Assembly (NCBI GenBank): GCA_965140785.1
Contig: OZ223493.1
Location: 1 to 37,938 of the forward strand
Source of the DNA: an uncultured Ruficoccus sp.
GTDB taxonomy: Bacteria > Verrucomicrobiota > Verrucomicrobiia > Opitutales > Cerasicoccaceae
Length of the DNA: 37,938 bases
Direction of reading: 5' to 3'
Shown here in pieces: positions 27,803-37,796 of this stretch. A program made the translations under genes and the position numbers. Within the stretch, counting starts at the first letter, position 1; every line of letters begins with the position of its first letter. Below the pieces are notes generated by a model, which saw nothing but the letters and a program-made list of their open reading frames with translations, did no database searches and was not told the origin of the DNA.

Positions 27803-27834
27803 GTTTGAGTGTTTGAGAGTTTGAAGGTTTGAGA
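27803..27834. repeat. Octamer tandem repeat, 4 units
   Basis: GTTTGAGT GTTTGAGA GTTTGAAG GTTTGAGA in the glpF-glpK spacer. Confidence 0.7.
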
Positions 27835-27875
27835 GTTGGCAGCGGAACGAAAAAGGCAGTCGAGGGGGGTGGTTT

Positions 27876-28622
27876 TTACATCTTGAGCAGGACAAAGAGC
27901 TGCGCCCCGGCGACCCCGCCCAGAATGGGCGCGACAATCGGAATCCAGGCATAGCTCCAGTCCGAGCCGCCCTTGCCGGGGATGGGCAGGAGGGCATGGG
28001 CGATGCGCGGGCCCAGGTCGCGAGCGGGATTGATGGCGTAGCCGGTCGGGCCGCCCAGCGAAAGGCCGATGCCCAGCACGAGGAGGCCCACCAGCATGGG
28101 GCCGAACCAAGTGCCCATGGCGGTGGCCCAGATGCGCTGGTTGTCATCGGCGCCGAGGGCGACTTTGCCCAGCGCGAGGATGATGAAAATGAGCGTCGCC
28201 GTGCCGATAAATTCCGTCATGAACGCGGGGAGCTTTTTCCGGATAGCCGGGATGGTGCAGTGGCAGGCGAGCTTCAGGGCCGGGTCCTTCGTCGGTGCCC
28301 AGTGGGCGTAGTAGGTCAGATAAACCAAGACCGACCCCATAAAGCCACCGGCAATCTGGGCCGCGATGTAACCCGGCACTTGCGCCCAGTCAAACAGTCC
28401 CGCCGAGGCGAGAGCCAACGTTACCGCCGGGTTGATTTGCGCGCCGGAAATACGCCCCACAGAGTACACCGCCAGCATCACGGCCAGCCCCCACCCCACG
28501 GTGATCACGATCCAGCCGGAATTCTGGCCTTTGGACTTGTCGAGCAGGACGTTGGCGACCACGCCATTGCCAAATAAAATGAGGATTGCGGTACCAATAA
28601 ACTCGGCGAGATAGGGGCTCAT
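27876..28622 (-). CDS. glpF: Glycerol uptake facilitator (MIP family)
   Basis: Two NPA motifs, [11 protein letters not shown] and GYAINPARD; first gene of glpFKD. Confidence 0.94.
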   Translation of the reverse strand: MSPYLAEFIGTAILILFGNGVVANVLLDKSKGQNSGWIVITVGWGLAVMLAVYSVGRISGAQINPAVTLALASAGLFDWAQVPGYIAAQIAGGFMGSVLVYLTYYAHWAPTKDPALKLACHCTIPAIRKKLPAFMTEFIGTATLIFIILALGKVALGADDNQRIWATAMGTWFGPMLVGLLVLGIGLSLGGPTGYAINPARDLGPRIAHALLPIPGKGGSDWSYAWIPIVAPILGGVAGAQLFVLLKM

Positions 28623-28675
28623 ACGGCGTTTAAAGTTGGGGTTAACCCGGCGGATAAAAGGGGATGCCGGGCGGC

Positions 28676-28718
28676 TATGACTCTTATTAAACCCTAAAAG
28701 TCATATCTTTCAAGTCAT
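28676..28718. promoter_or_regulatory. Putative glp promoter/operator
   Basis: TATGACT-N16-AGTCATA inverted repeat (28676-28705), second AAGTCAT at 28712-28718, overlapping a minus-strand TTGAAA-N16-TTTAAT. Confidence 0.45.
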
Positions 28719-28908
28719 TAATCTGCATAGACTTATAATCAGAAAAATTTGTGTATCCCAATTTCACAAGCCGCGACCAGATAGAGGCTTTTGTTTCATT
28801 GGCTTTTTATTGCGATTTACTTGGGTTTCCCAATAATTTACACCTAAACATTCTGCATTTCACAAGAAATTCGAACCCCACCGCCTCAAAATATTTTTGC
28901 AAAAAAAC

Positions 28909-29697
28909 ATGCTCCCTGCCCAACGCCAGGAAATCATCTTACGCCGAATCGAGGCCGCAGGCTCCGTCCAGAGTGCGGAGCTGGCAGCCAGCTTTGAGGT
29001 CACGAACGAAACGATTCGCAAGGACTTGGAAGCCCTCGCCAAAGCCAAGCAACTGATCCGCATCCACGGAGGTGCGACACGGATCTCCGACTCCCGGAAC
29101 GACCTGCCACTGCCCGCCCGCCAAACCGTCAACCGCTTTGAAAAGTCCCTCGTTGCCAAGACGGCAGCCGGGCTGATCCAGCCCAACGACACGATCTTTC
29201 TGGACGCGAGCTCGACGGTACTCGCCATGACTGACTACCTGCCCCTGTGCCCGCTAACCGTACTGACCAATGCGCATCACGTGATCGTCGCACTGGGAGG
29301 ACGTCCCGGCTACGATCTGATCTGCACGGGCGGCAACTACGAGGAGCGCTCTCGCTCATACGTCGGGGTGATGGCCGAGGATTCGCTAAAACGCTTCATG
29401 ATCAAATGGCTCTTTGTCGGCGTGGACGGGCTGCATCACCAGATCGGCGCCTCGGAGGTCAACCCCGGCCAGGCTGCCCTTAAGGAACGTCTTATCCCGC
29501 GGGCCGAACAGGTCTGCGTGGTCTGTGATTCGAGCAAGCTGGAAAAAAAGAGCCCCTTTATCTTCGCCCAGGCGTCTCAACTCGATATGCTCGTTACGGA
29601 CGACGGCGCGACCCCCGAGATCCTCCAGCTCTACCAGGGCGAAGGCATCCGCGTGGTCACCGCTCCCCTGCCCTCGGAGGGCTTCTCCGATACCTGA
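28909..29697 (+). CDS. DeoR/GlpR-family transcriptional regulator
   Basis: FEVTNETIRKDL, RIHGGA, IFLDASST, CDSSK; divergent from glpFKD. Confidence 0.92.
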   Translation: MLPAQRQEIILRRIEAAGSVQSAELAASFEVTNETIRKDLEALAKAKQLIRIHGGATRISDSRNDLPLPARQTVNRFEKSLVAKTAAGLIQPNDTIFLDASSTVLAMTDYLPLCPLTVLTNAHHVIVALGGRPGYDLICTGGNYEERSRSYVGVMAEDSLKRFMIKWLFVGVDGLHHQIGASEVNPGQAALKERLIPRAEQVCVVCDSSKLEKKSPFIFAQASQLDMLVTDDGATPEILQLYQGEGIRVVTAPLPSEGFSDT

Positions 29698-29724
29698 CAG
29701 CCGACAAGCACATATCGACGGTCT

Positions 29725-31122
29725 CTACTGCACGGAGCTTGGCGGAACCTCACGCCAGCTCAGGAGGGTGAGTTCGGCCACTCCGCTGTTGTCGTTGTCA
29801 TCGTCCGAGCTGCCGCCCCCGCCGGCTCCGAGGTTGGTGTCGTAGTAGAACTCGGCCCCGTTGGTCACCTCGATGTAGCGGGCGACGATTGCGCCGCGGT
29901 ACTGTGATTTGGGCGTACCGCCGACACCGGCCAGGCGCACGTTCGAGTTGGGCGCGTTGATGATGCCGGTGAACACGTCGAAATTATTGAGCACCACGTC
30001 GCGACCGTTTTTGGCGATGATCTGTAGCTGCGAGGGGTATTGCTGATCGATAGTGTGGGCGTTGATGTGGATGTTCTCCCCGGCCATGATAATCAGGGTG
30101 GCACCGGGCTTAATGTCCACATCGGCCCCGAGATTGAGGTTGCGGTAAGCGTCAATGACGACATCCCCGACAATCGTCATCTTCGTGTTCTGATTGGTGT
30201 TGATGCGCTCGGTGTTGACCCAGGTGGGCTGATTCCATGAGCCCAGGCTGATGCTCGAGTTGTTCTGCCAGTAGTTCTGGTCGCGCGAGGTGATGGAGTA
30301 ACCGTCGGACGTGGGATAGTTCGGATCGGGGACCTCGGCGTCGAAGTCGGTGGATATGCGGTTGGAATCGACTCCGTAAGTCATACCGGAGTCGGGCCCG
30401 ATGACCGTCGCATTCTGCCGCGGGTCATGGGGATGATTTTTGGAATAGTTGATGGGGCCACCGCCGCTGCGCACCGCTCCGTGGATGTAGGCGTTGTTAA
30501 TATTGATCGCGCCCCAGTAGGGTGAAGGGGTGGCAATGACGACATCGTAACCGGTGTTCTTCCCAAAAATGGGTACGCCGAAGTTGTTCTCGCTGTTATA
30601 GCTGGCCACCCGCATGCCGGGGTTGTTGTGGTTGAGCTTGATGCTGTCCTTGGCCACCATCCCGTAACCGAAGATCCCGCTGCCGGTGGAAGCCTCCTCT
30701 TCGGCATCGGTTCGCACCTGCTGGACTTTTACTTCGACCGCGCTTTGGACCACCTTACCACCGACATTGATGCCGGTCAGAGCGGTGATGGTGTAAATGT
30801 CGTCATTGCCCTTGTCGATGGTGACGTCCGTCGTTGCCGAATAGTCTTTATAGACATTTTCGGTAAAACTCTGCTGCCACTTCTGTGAGCCCTGCGAACT
30901 CCAACCACTCACCCCCAATTGATCCTCGGTGATGGCATGCATGGCACGCTCCAACCCGGACTCGGAGAGGTGGAAAGCGCACTGCCCCAACCCGTAGCTC
31001 ATGGTATCCTTGTACTGGCTGACGAGGGTCCGGGTCTGGCTCACGAGAATGAGCAGGGCTACGGCGGCGAATATCAACGCAATGACGATCGCCGACCCCC
31101 GCCTGTCGGTTTTGGTTTTCAT
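29725..31122 (-). CDS. PilX-like minor pilin/pseudopilin with large beta-rich C-terminal domain
   Basis: RRGSAIVIALIF leader lacking Glu+5, AFHLSESGLERAM, Asn/Gly-rich C-terminus. Confidence 0.75.
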   Translation of the reverse strand: MKTKTDRRGSAIVIALIFAAVALLILVSQTRTLVSQYKDTMSYGLGQCAFHLSESGLERAMHAITEDQLGVSGWSSQGSQKWQQSFTENVYKDYSATTDVTIDKGNDDIYTITALTGINVGGKVVQSAVEVKVQQVRTDAEEEASTGSGIFGYGMVAKDSIKLNHNNPGMRVASYNSENNFGVPIFGKNTGYDVVIATPSPYWGAININNAYIHGAVRSGGGPINYSKNHPHDPRQNATVIGPDSGMTYGVDSNRISTDFDAEVPDPNYPTSDGYSITSRDQNYWQNNSSISLGSWNQPTWVNTERINTNQNTKMTIVGDVVIDAYRNLNLGADVDIKPGATLIIMAGENIHINAHTIDQQYPSQLQIIAKNGRDVVLNNFDVFTGIINAPNSNVRLAGVGGTPKSQYRGAIVARYIEVTNGAEFYYDTNLGAGGGGSSDDDNDNSGVAELTLLSWREVPPSSVQ

Positions 31123-31709
31123 ATCGTTCTGTTCCTGAAGGTTATCAGGGCGGTTTCGGTATCGACGGATTTGATTCCGCTGGCACCTTTCCGTTCTGAG
31201 GTTATGTCGAGCTTGGCGGCGTTCATGTCGATTTGCGTCGAGGTCTCATCCCCGAACCGATCGAAATAGGTAAACTTCACCGCGGTGACATCGTTCACCA
31301 ACACCCGGTCGGTGTTGTCGGTAACGGAATGGCGAATGAACTCCCCGGCATTGGCATCGAAAAAGTACCGGATTCTTTCGGTGGTGCCGTCCATCTTCGC
31401 GGTGGTGAATTCAAAGGTGCTCGCCGTGGTCTGGTGAACCTCACTGATCGCCCGCATCGACTTGTGGATGGACTCGAAGGCGTGCTGCAGCTCCGCCGAT
31501 TGATCCAGATGGGTCAGCGAGACCTTGGTGCTCTTGCTGAAAGAGAAAAACGTCGAGTAGGTGCCCGCCAGCACCAGCCCAAGAATGGTAACGGCAATCA
31601 GCAGCTCCACCAGCGTGAAGCCGTGCATCTTTTCGGAGGCCGCCCGCACGGTGTTAATTCGCCAGGCTGAACTTTTTATCGGATAATCCATTTTCGACAA
31701 AAACGGCAT
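31119..31709 (-). CDS. Prepilin-type N-terminal cleavage/methylation protein (PilW-like); start uncertain
   Basis: GFTLVELLIAVTILGLVL. Confidence 0.85.
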   Translation of the reverse strand: MPFLSKMDYPIKSSAWRINTVRAASEKMHGFTLVELLIAVTILGLVLAGTYSTFFSFSKSTKVSLTHLDQSAELQHAFESIHKSMRAISEVHQTTASTFEFTTAKMDGTTERIRYFFDANAGEFIRHSVTDNTDRVLVNDVTAVKFTYFDRFGDETSTQIDMNAAKLDITSERKGASGIKSVDTETALITFRNRTI

Positions 31710-32187
31710 GACTACTGATGAATTGACTCTCGTCCTGAAAATCCCAACGCACGACGACCGTCGCCTCGATCACCTTATCGTCATTGTCCAGGTGCTGGAG
31801 GAACGCATCCACCGTGTAGGTGATGCCGTTCTGGGTAACGACGTCCAGCGAGTGGCTCGTCTTGGTCCCAAACCCTCCCGAAGGCCGATCCAGCAGATCG
31901 TTCAGGAATTTCTCGTTATCAAAAGAATTCGTGGTCCCGCTGATTTCGTCGTCCATCTGTGAAAACGTCTGCGTGCGTAAACTCTCGATGGCAGCATTCA
32001 AGTGCGTGAAACCCATCCGGGCGGCGTCCGAGCGGTAGGACATCTTCCTCATCTGCGGCAAGGCCGAGATACACGCCAGCAGCACCAGACTCAGGATAAA
32101 CATTCCGATCATGACCTCGATCAGTGAGTAGGCTCTTTTCGAGCCCTTGACCTGGGCGTTAGCCGAAACATTACTAGAGCTTTTCAT
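31654..32187 (-). CDS. Prepilin-type protein (PilV-like)
   Basis: KRAYSLIEVMIGMFILSLVLL. Confidence 0.8.
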   Translation of the reverse strand: MKSSSNVSANAQVKGSKRAYSLIEVMIGMFILSLVLLACISALPQMRKMSYRSDAARMGFTHLNAAIESLRTQTFSQMDDEISGTTNSFDNEKFLNDLLDRPSGGFGTKTSHSLDVVTQNGITYTVDAFLQHLDNDDKVIEATVVVRWDFQDESQFISSHAVFVENGLSDKKFSLAN

Positions 32188-32726
32188 TATACCAATATTA
32201 AGGTTTAATTCCAGATTTTCTATAGGTATTTAACCTTATCCCTTAAGGCTGAGCAATGTATAATTCGCTGATGATCTGTTAATAAAGTGATAAAATGCCT
32301 TCGATAATCTGTAACAGGTAAAAACGGCCTTCCTTCCCACTCCTTCACACCTTGTTCTTCGTTCCAATGAATCGTCATCGGCTCCTTTTCCGAAGTTTTA
32401 ACAAAAACTCGGGCGACTACTTCCGGGACGGATCTCAGGCTACCTGATGAAAATAACGCCCTTGCCGAAACCGGGTGGTCAGTTCTCCGGCTATTTTGAA
32501 AATTCCGTCCATACCGGCGAAGCCGCGGCGGACCTCCTGGTTGCTATGATCCAACGGGGTGAGCGCGTCATCCTGTCCACTCCCCACCGTCTCCATTTCG
32601 ACGGCATCTGGTTTACCGGGAGACCCTGCGGCAGCAAAAAACCGCAAAGAAAACCCGCTAACCGCAAAAAAATCTGTCGCCGCGCCCACACCGCGCTTTA
32701 GGTATGGCATTCATACCCATTTTATC

Positions 32727-34967
32727 ATGATCCGATCTCGCCTGTTCCCCACCCTGCCTACGATCATCCGACGCGGCACGCTCTACGCTTCGCTCCTGTT
32801 GCTGAGCGTCGGGCTCATGCACACCACGACGGCCCATGGTGAAAACCTCACCGGCTCCTATACCTGGAAGCCGCTCAAAATCGGCGGCGGCGGCTGGGTC
32901 GTGGGGATGGACATCCACCCCACTGAACGCGGACTGATGTATGTGCGCACGGATGTGTCGGGTGCCTACCGATGGGAGCCTGCCAGTCAGAGCTGGAAGC
33001 AGATTGTCACCGCGCAGAGCATGCCCGCCGACACCGTCGCCTATGGAACGTATCGGGGAGCGGACAGCCTGGTCGGGGCCCCGGACGACCCCGACATCGC
33101 CTATCTGGCCTACGAGGGAGAGATTTACAGGAGCAGCGACCGCGGCGACACTTGGACAGCCACAAACCTCGCCCCTCACGGCGTCACGATGGAGCCCAAT
33201 GGCGAAGGCCGCCAGGAGGGCGAACGCCTCGCCGTCGATCCCGCCAACAACGACATCGTCTATTACGGCTCCATCACCGACGGGCTGTGGCGCACGGACA
33301 ACGCGGGCAAAAGCTGGACCCGCGTGGAATCCATCCCCGCCGGGGCCGCCCCGCACGGGGTCAACACCGTCGTTTTCACCCCAAACTCCGGCACCAACAA
33401 AACCGGCGACGGTGCGAAAGGCACCCGCCTGATCACCGTCACCGTTGACCGTCAGGGGGTCTTTCAATCGACCGATGCGGGCGCCACCTGGAAAAATATC
33501 GCCCCAAGCGGCCCCGGCACGGACGCGTCCATCCGCGAGGCCACACTGGGCCCGGACGGGACCTACTACCTGGCCTGCGACACGACGGACGGCTCCGTCG
33601 GCTCGGTCTGGAAATACACCCCGTCCAAGGGCTGGACGGACATCACCCCCGATGGGGATGAGGGCGGCAGCCAGGACTATTGGGCCATCGCCGTGGACCC
33701 CGGCGACGCCGATCGCCTCGTGGTCCTGCGCAATGGCGGCGAGGGCTTTGTCTCTGAAAACCAGGGCAAGACCTGGGCGCACCGCGGTTTCGCCCTGAAG
33801 AGCGACTCGGTCCAATGGCTGAGCAAACAGGAAAGCTACTGGCTCAGCACCGGCGAAATCGCCTTCGCTCCGGATGGGCGGCTCTGGTTCGCCGAAGGTT
33901 TCGGCGTGTGGTGGGCGGATGATCTGGACGAACCAAACATCGAGTGGCAGGCCGCCAGCGAAGGTATTGAGGAGACCTGCGGTAACGACATCATCGCTCC
34001 CCCCGGAGGCGCGCCGGTCGGTGCCATGTGGGACATCGGCGTGTTCCGCTTCCCCGAGCCGGACGCCTACACCGCGCAGCGGGCGACCCCCTACTTCATG
34101 TCGGCCTGGGCGCTGGATTGGTGCGCGTCGGACCCCAATTTCATCGCGGGCGTTTTCCGCAACCACCTGGGTTTTCAGCCGCACGTCAACGAAACGGGCT
34201 TCTCCACCGACGGCGGACGCAGTTGGAAGGTGTTTCCCGCCGTCGCCAACAAGCAAATCCCGGAGGGGCTCGAGTACGGCGTGATCGCTGTCTCCGCCAA
34301 CAGCCCGGACAAGATCGTCTGGGCGCCCGCCACCGACCAACTCCCCTTTTATACCTCGGACCGGGGAAAAAGCTGGGAGCGCTCCTCCTTCGGCGGTCCG
34401 AAAACCACCGGCTTTACTACCCATACCTCTCCGCTCAAGCCGCTCTGCGCCGACCGTGTGCTGGGCGACACGTTTTACTTCTACCGCTATGAAGACGGCG
34501 TTTACCGCTCCACCGACGCGGGCGCCACCTTCTCCCGCGTGGGCAACCCGGTCTCCCAGCGCTACAACTCCGTCCTCAAGGCGACGCCCGATCACGCCGG
34601 GCATCTGTGGTTTGCCGAAGGCAGCCAGGGCTCTCCCGTCGGCGGACTGTGGCGCTCCGAGGATGGCGGCAAGACCTGGACCGCCCTTCCCTTCATCGAG
34701 CAGGCCTTCAATTTCGGCTTTGGCAAACCCCTGAAAAACGGCGGCTACCCCACGCTCTATGTGGCGGGCGTAGCTGATGGAGAAACCGGCATATACCGCT
34801 CCACGGACGAGGGCCGGACCTGGGATCAGATTGGGACGTATCCGCTTGGCATTTTTGACTGGATCGACGCCATGGACGGCGACAAGGACACATTCGGGAG
34901 AGTCTATCTCGCCTTTACCAGCGCCGGCTTCGCCTATGGGGAGCCAGTCAGCCCCGGCAAGCGGTAA
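32727..34967 (+). CDS. Secreted GH74-like (xyloglucanase-type) double beta-propeller protein
   Basis: Signal-like N-terminus; YTWKPLKIGGGGWV, YVRTDVSGAYRW, GERLAVDP, MWDIG and many S-x-D-x-G-x-T-W Asp-box repeats. Confidence 0.85.
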   Translation: MIRSRLFPTLPTIIRRGTLYASLLLLSVGLMHTTTAHGENLTGSYTWKPLKIGGGGWVVGMDIHPTERGLMYVRTDVSGAYRWEPASQSWKQIVTAQSMPADTVAYGTYRGADSLVGAPDDPDIAYLAYEGEIYRSSDRGDTWTATNLAPHGVTMEPNGEGRQEGERLAVDPANNDIVYYGSITDGLWRTDNAGKSWTRVESIPAGAAPHGVNTVVFTPNSGTNKTGDGAKGTRLITVTVDRQGVFQSTDAGATWKNIAPSGPGTDASIREATLGPDGTYYLACDTTDGSVGSVWKYTPSKGWTDITPDGDEGGSQDYWAIAVDPGDADRLVVLRNGGEGFVSENQGKTWAHRGFALKSDSVQWLSKQESYWLSTGEIAFAPDGRLWFAEGFGVWWADDLDEPNIEWQAASEGIEETCGNDIIAPPGGAPVGAMWDIGVFRFPEPDAYTAQRATPYFMSAWALDWCASDPNFIAGVFRNHLGFQPHVNETGFSTDGGRSWKVFPAVANKQIPEGLEYGVIAVSANSPDKIVWAPATDQLPFYTSDRGKSWERSSFGGPKTTGFTTHTSPLKPLCADRVLGDTFYFYRYEDGVYRSTDAGATFSRVGNPVSQRYNSVLKATPDHAGHLWFAEGSQGSPVGGLWRSEDGGKTWTALPFIEQAFNFGFGKPLKNGGYPTLYVAGVADGETGIYRSTDEGRTWDQIGTYPLGIFDWIDAMDGDKDTFGRVYLAFTSAGFAYGEPVSPGKR

Positions 34968-35055
34968 AGCGAGCAAATCCGCGCTCCGAACGGGTGGGGC
35001 TTGCCTATCCCAGGCAACTCGCTAACATCGATGTCTTTGCTCAAATCCTAAGCCG

Positions 35056-36375
35056 ATGCCGTCGCCGATCCGTAATATCATCTACATTCACACTCACGAC
35101 ATGGGGCGCTATATCGCTCCCTATGGCTACCAGATCCCGACGCCGCGCTTGCAGGCATTCGCCGAGACGGCCACGCTCTTTCGGGAAGCCCATTGCTGCG
35201 GGCCCACCTGCTCGCCCAGCCGGGCCGGCCTGCTCACCGGTGTTATGCCACACGAATCCGGCATGCTCGGGCTGGCGCACCGCGGCTTCAAGTTCATCCA
35301 CCCCGAGCAGCACCTGGGGGCCTACCTCAAGGAGCAGGGTTTTCTAACCGCCCTGTGCGGTATCCAGCATGAGTTCAACTGCGCCTGGGAACAGATGCCC
35401 TACGAGTACGTGCGCAAGGACGCACCCGAAGGCGACCGCGATAATGTCTGGACACAGGAGGCGCTAAAATTCCTCCAACAGGAGCACGAGCGGCCCTTCT
35501 TTTTGTCGTTCGGGCTGTTTTTCCCGCACCGGAATTTCGAATCCGCCGACCCGGACCAGGATCCGGAGAGCTATGTCCAGCCGCCCGACCCGTTGCCGGA
35601 TACGCCGGTCATCCGCCAGGATATGGCCGACTACCACCACACGGTCCGGCTCTCGGATACCCGGATCGGCCACGTCCTGGATACCATCCGCGCCACCGGT
35701 CGCGACAAGGACAGCCTCATCATCATCACGACGGACCACGGCATCGCCTTCCCGCGCATGAAGTGCAACCTCACCGCCCACGGCACGGGCGTGACCCTGA
35801 TGATGAGCTACCCCTGCAACCCGCAGGCGGGCAAAGCCGTGGACGCGCTGGTTTCGCACCTGGATGTCTTCCCGACCATCTGCGACCTGCTGGAGCTGCC
35901 CCGGCCCGACCACTTGCGCGGAGCCAGCATGCGCCCGCTGTTCGAAGACACGGCCGAAGAAATCCGCGAGGACCTGATGTCCGAGGTCAACTTCCACGCC
36001 TCGGCCGAGCCCATGCGCTGCGTGCGCACGCAGCGCTACAACTACATCCGTATTTTTGACGAGGACCTGAGCCGCCCCCTCGCCAACATCGACGAGAGCC
36101 CCTCGAAAAGCGAGCTCCTCAAGACCGGCTGGCAGGACACGCCCCGCGAGAAGGTGCAGCTCTACGACCTCTTTCTGGACCCCAACGAAAGCCGCAACGT
36201 GGCCGACGATCCCGGCTACCGCGATGCCCGGACCGAAATGGAGCAGCGGCTCGAGCGCTGGATGCGGGAAACACACGACCCCCTGCTGGCGGGCCAGCTA
36301 ACCATCCCTCCCGGCGGTAAGATCAACGTGCGCAGCTCACCCAGCCCCGCGGCAGGTCCCTACGTCGAGGTTTGA
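35056..36375 (+). CDS. Cys-type formylglycine-dependent sulfatase
   Basis: HTHDMG, CSPSRAGLLTG, TTDHG, SHLDVFPT, LYDLFLDPNE. Confidence 0.93.
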   Translation: MPSPIRNIIYIHTHDMGRYIAPYGYQIPTPRLQAFAETATLFREAHCCGPTCSPSRAGLLTGVMPHESGMLGLAHRGFKFIHPEQHLGAYLKEQGFLTALCGIQHEFNCAWEQMPYEYVRKDAPEGDRDNVWTQEALKFLQQEHERPFFLSFGLFFPHRNFESADPDQDPESYVQPPDPLPDTPVIRQDMADYHHTVRLSDTRIGHVLDTIRATGRDKDSLIIITTDHGIAFPRMKCNLTAHGTGVTLMMSYPCNPQAGKAVDALVSHLDVFPTICDLLELPRPDHLRGASMRPLFEDTAEEIREDLMSEVNFHASAEPMRCVRTQRYNYIRIFDEDLSRPLANIDESPSKSELLKTGWQDTPREKVQLYDLFLDPNESRNVADDPGYRDARTEMEQRLERWMRETHDPLLAGQLTIPPGGKINVRSSPSPAAGPYVEV

Positions 36376-36512
36376 GTATCGGTTTGGCTCATACTGCTGA
36401 CCGCATGCTTTCGGTCAGGAGCCATGACCGCCTCTCTTAAAGCACGCTAACCCCTGAATGGTGTATCCAGGTTTCGTGACAGGGCCCGCCACGCTCACCA
36501 CCTCTGCTCCGC

Positions 36513-37796
36513 TTACGAGAAAATGCGCTCGTAAATCGAAGCACCGAGGAAGCGTGCCTGTGCACCCAACGAACGCCCAATGCGCAGGCACTCGTTCCAC
36601 TTGACCATGCGCTCGCTGCGGGCGAAGGAACCGACCTTGAGCTGGCCCGCGTTGCTGGCCACGGCGAGGTGGCTGATGAAAGCGTCCTCGGTCTCACCGC
36701 TACGGGCGGAGACCACCGGGAGCCAGCCCGCCTCCTGCGTCAAACGAATCGCCTCCAGCGTCTCGCTGACCGTGCCGATCTGGTTCAGCTTGATCAGGAC
36801 GCTGTTGGCCAGCCCCTGTTTAATCCCTTCGCGGATGCGCGGCGGGTTAGTGGTAAAAAGATCGTCTCCGATAATCTGCACCTTGTGCCCGACAGCCTGC
36901 ATGACCCGTTTCCACCCTTCCGGATCGACATCGGCGGCGGGGTCTTCGATCGAGATGACGGGGTATTTTTCGCACCAGTCGATCATCAGGCCCGTGAATT
37001 CCTCCGGGGTGAACGTCCGGTCCTCCAGCCGGAAACAATAGGTCTGCGTCTCGGCATCGTAAAGGTCACTGGCGGCAATATCGAGCGAGAGGCTGGCCTC
37101 CTTACCCGGCGTGTAGCCCGCGCGGCGGATGGCCTCGACAAAAGTTTCAAAGACTTCCTCGTTCGAGTCGAACTCTGGCCAGAAGCCGCCCTCGTCGGCG
37201 ATGCCGTAGTAGCGGTTGCGCTCCTTAAAGATGTCCGCCGCGGCATGATAGACGTTATGCGTAATCTCCAAGGTCTCGGCGTAGGTCCGGGCGCCGGTGG
37301 CGATGACCAGAAAGTCCTGCACATCCGTGCGCCAGTTGGCATGCGCGCCGCCTCCGATGATCTGGATCTCCGGCAGGGGTAAGAGGTCGCCCTCCCCCAG
37401 GCTGCGGAAGAGCGGCAGCCCGCGGGATCGCGCGGCTGCCTGTGCGGCGGCCATCGAAACGCTCAAGATGGCGTTGGCGCCGAGACGGTTTTTGTTCGGC
37501 GTGCCGTCCAGCTCGCACAGCGCGGCATCCAGTGCCGCCTGGTCTTCGGCATCCATGCCCACCACGCGATCAGCGATCTCACCGCGCACATGCGCGATGG
37601 CCTTCTCGACGGAGCGCCCGCGCAGGCGGGCCGGATCGCCGTCGCGCAGCTCCAGCGCCTCGAACTGCCCGGTGGAGGCCCCGCTGGGGACCAGTCCGTG
37701 TCCGGTGCAACCGTTTTCCAGTTCGACCACCGCCTCGATGGTGGGCGAACCGCGTGAATCAAAAATCGTGAAAGCGTCAACGGATCGGATTTTCAT
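36513..37796 (-). CDS. eno: Enolase-family protein, divergent paralogue
   Basis: DSRGSPT, VPSGASTG, LGANAIL, DEGG, IEDP, GDDL and IKLNQIG, but QDF and SARSGETED replace the canonical QEF and SHRSGETED. Confidence 0.85.
   Translation of the reverse strand: MKIRSVDAFTIFDSRGSPTIEAVVELENGCTGHGLVPSGASTGQFEALELRDGDPARLRGRSVEKAIAHVRGEIADRVVGMDAEDQAALDAALCELDGTPNKNRLGANAILSVSMAAAQAAARSRGLPLFRSLGEGDLLPLPEIQIIGGGAHANWRTDVQDFLVIATGARTYAETLEITHNVYHAAADIFKERNRYYGIADEGGFWPEFDSNEEVFETFVEAIRRAGYTPGKEASLSLDIAASDLYDAETQTYCFRLEDRTFTPEEFTGLMIDWCEKYPVISIEDPAADVDPEGWKRVMQAVGHKVQIIGDDLFTTNPPRIREGIKQGLANSVLIKLNQIGTVSETLEAIRLTQEAGWLPVVSARSGETEDAFISHLAVASNAGQLKVGSFARSERMVKWNECLRIGRSLGAQARFLGASIYERIFS

Noticed and set aside
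32435..32710. Short overlapping ORFs upstream of the GH74-like gene
   Set aside because: No motifs, mutually overlapping on both strands; probably a regulatory region
32658..34976. 772-aa antisense ORF, and similar long shadow ORFs over nifV, nifJ, glpD, glpK and the GT4 gene
   Set aside because: Mirror frames of well-supported genes, expected from high-GC codon bias; no motifs
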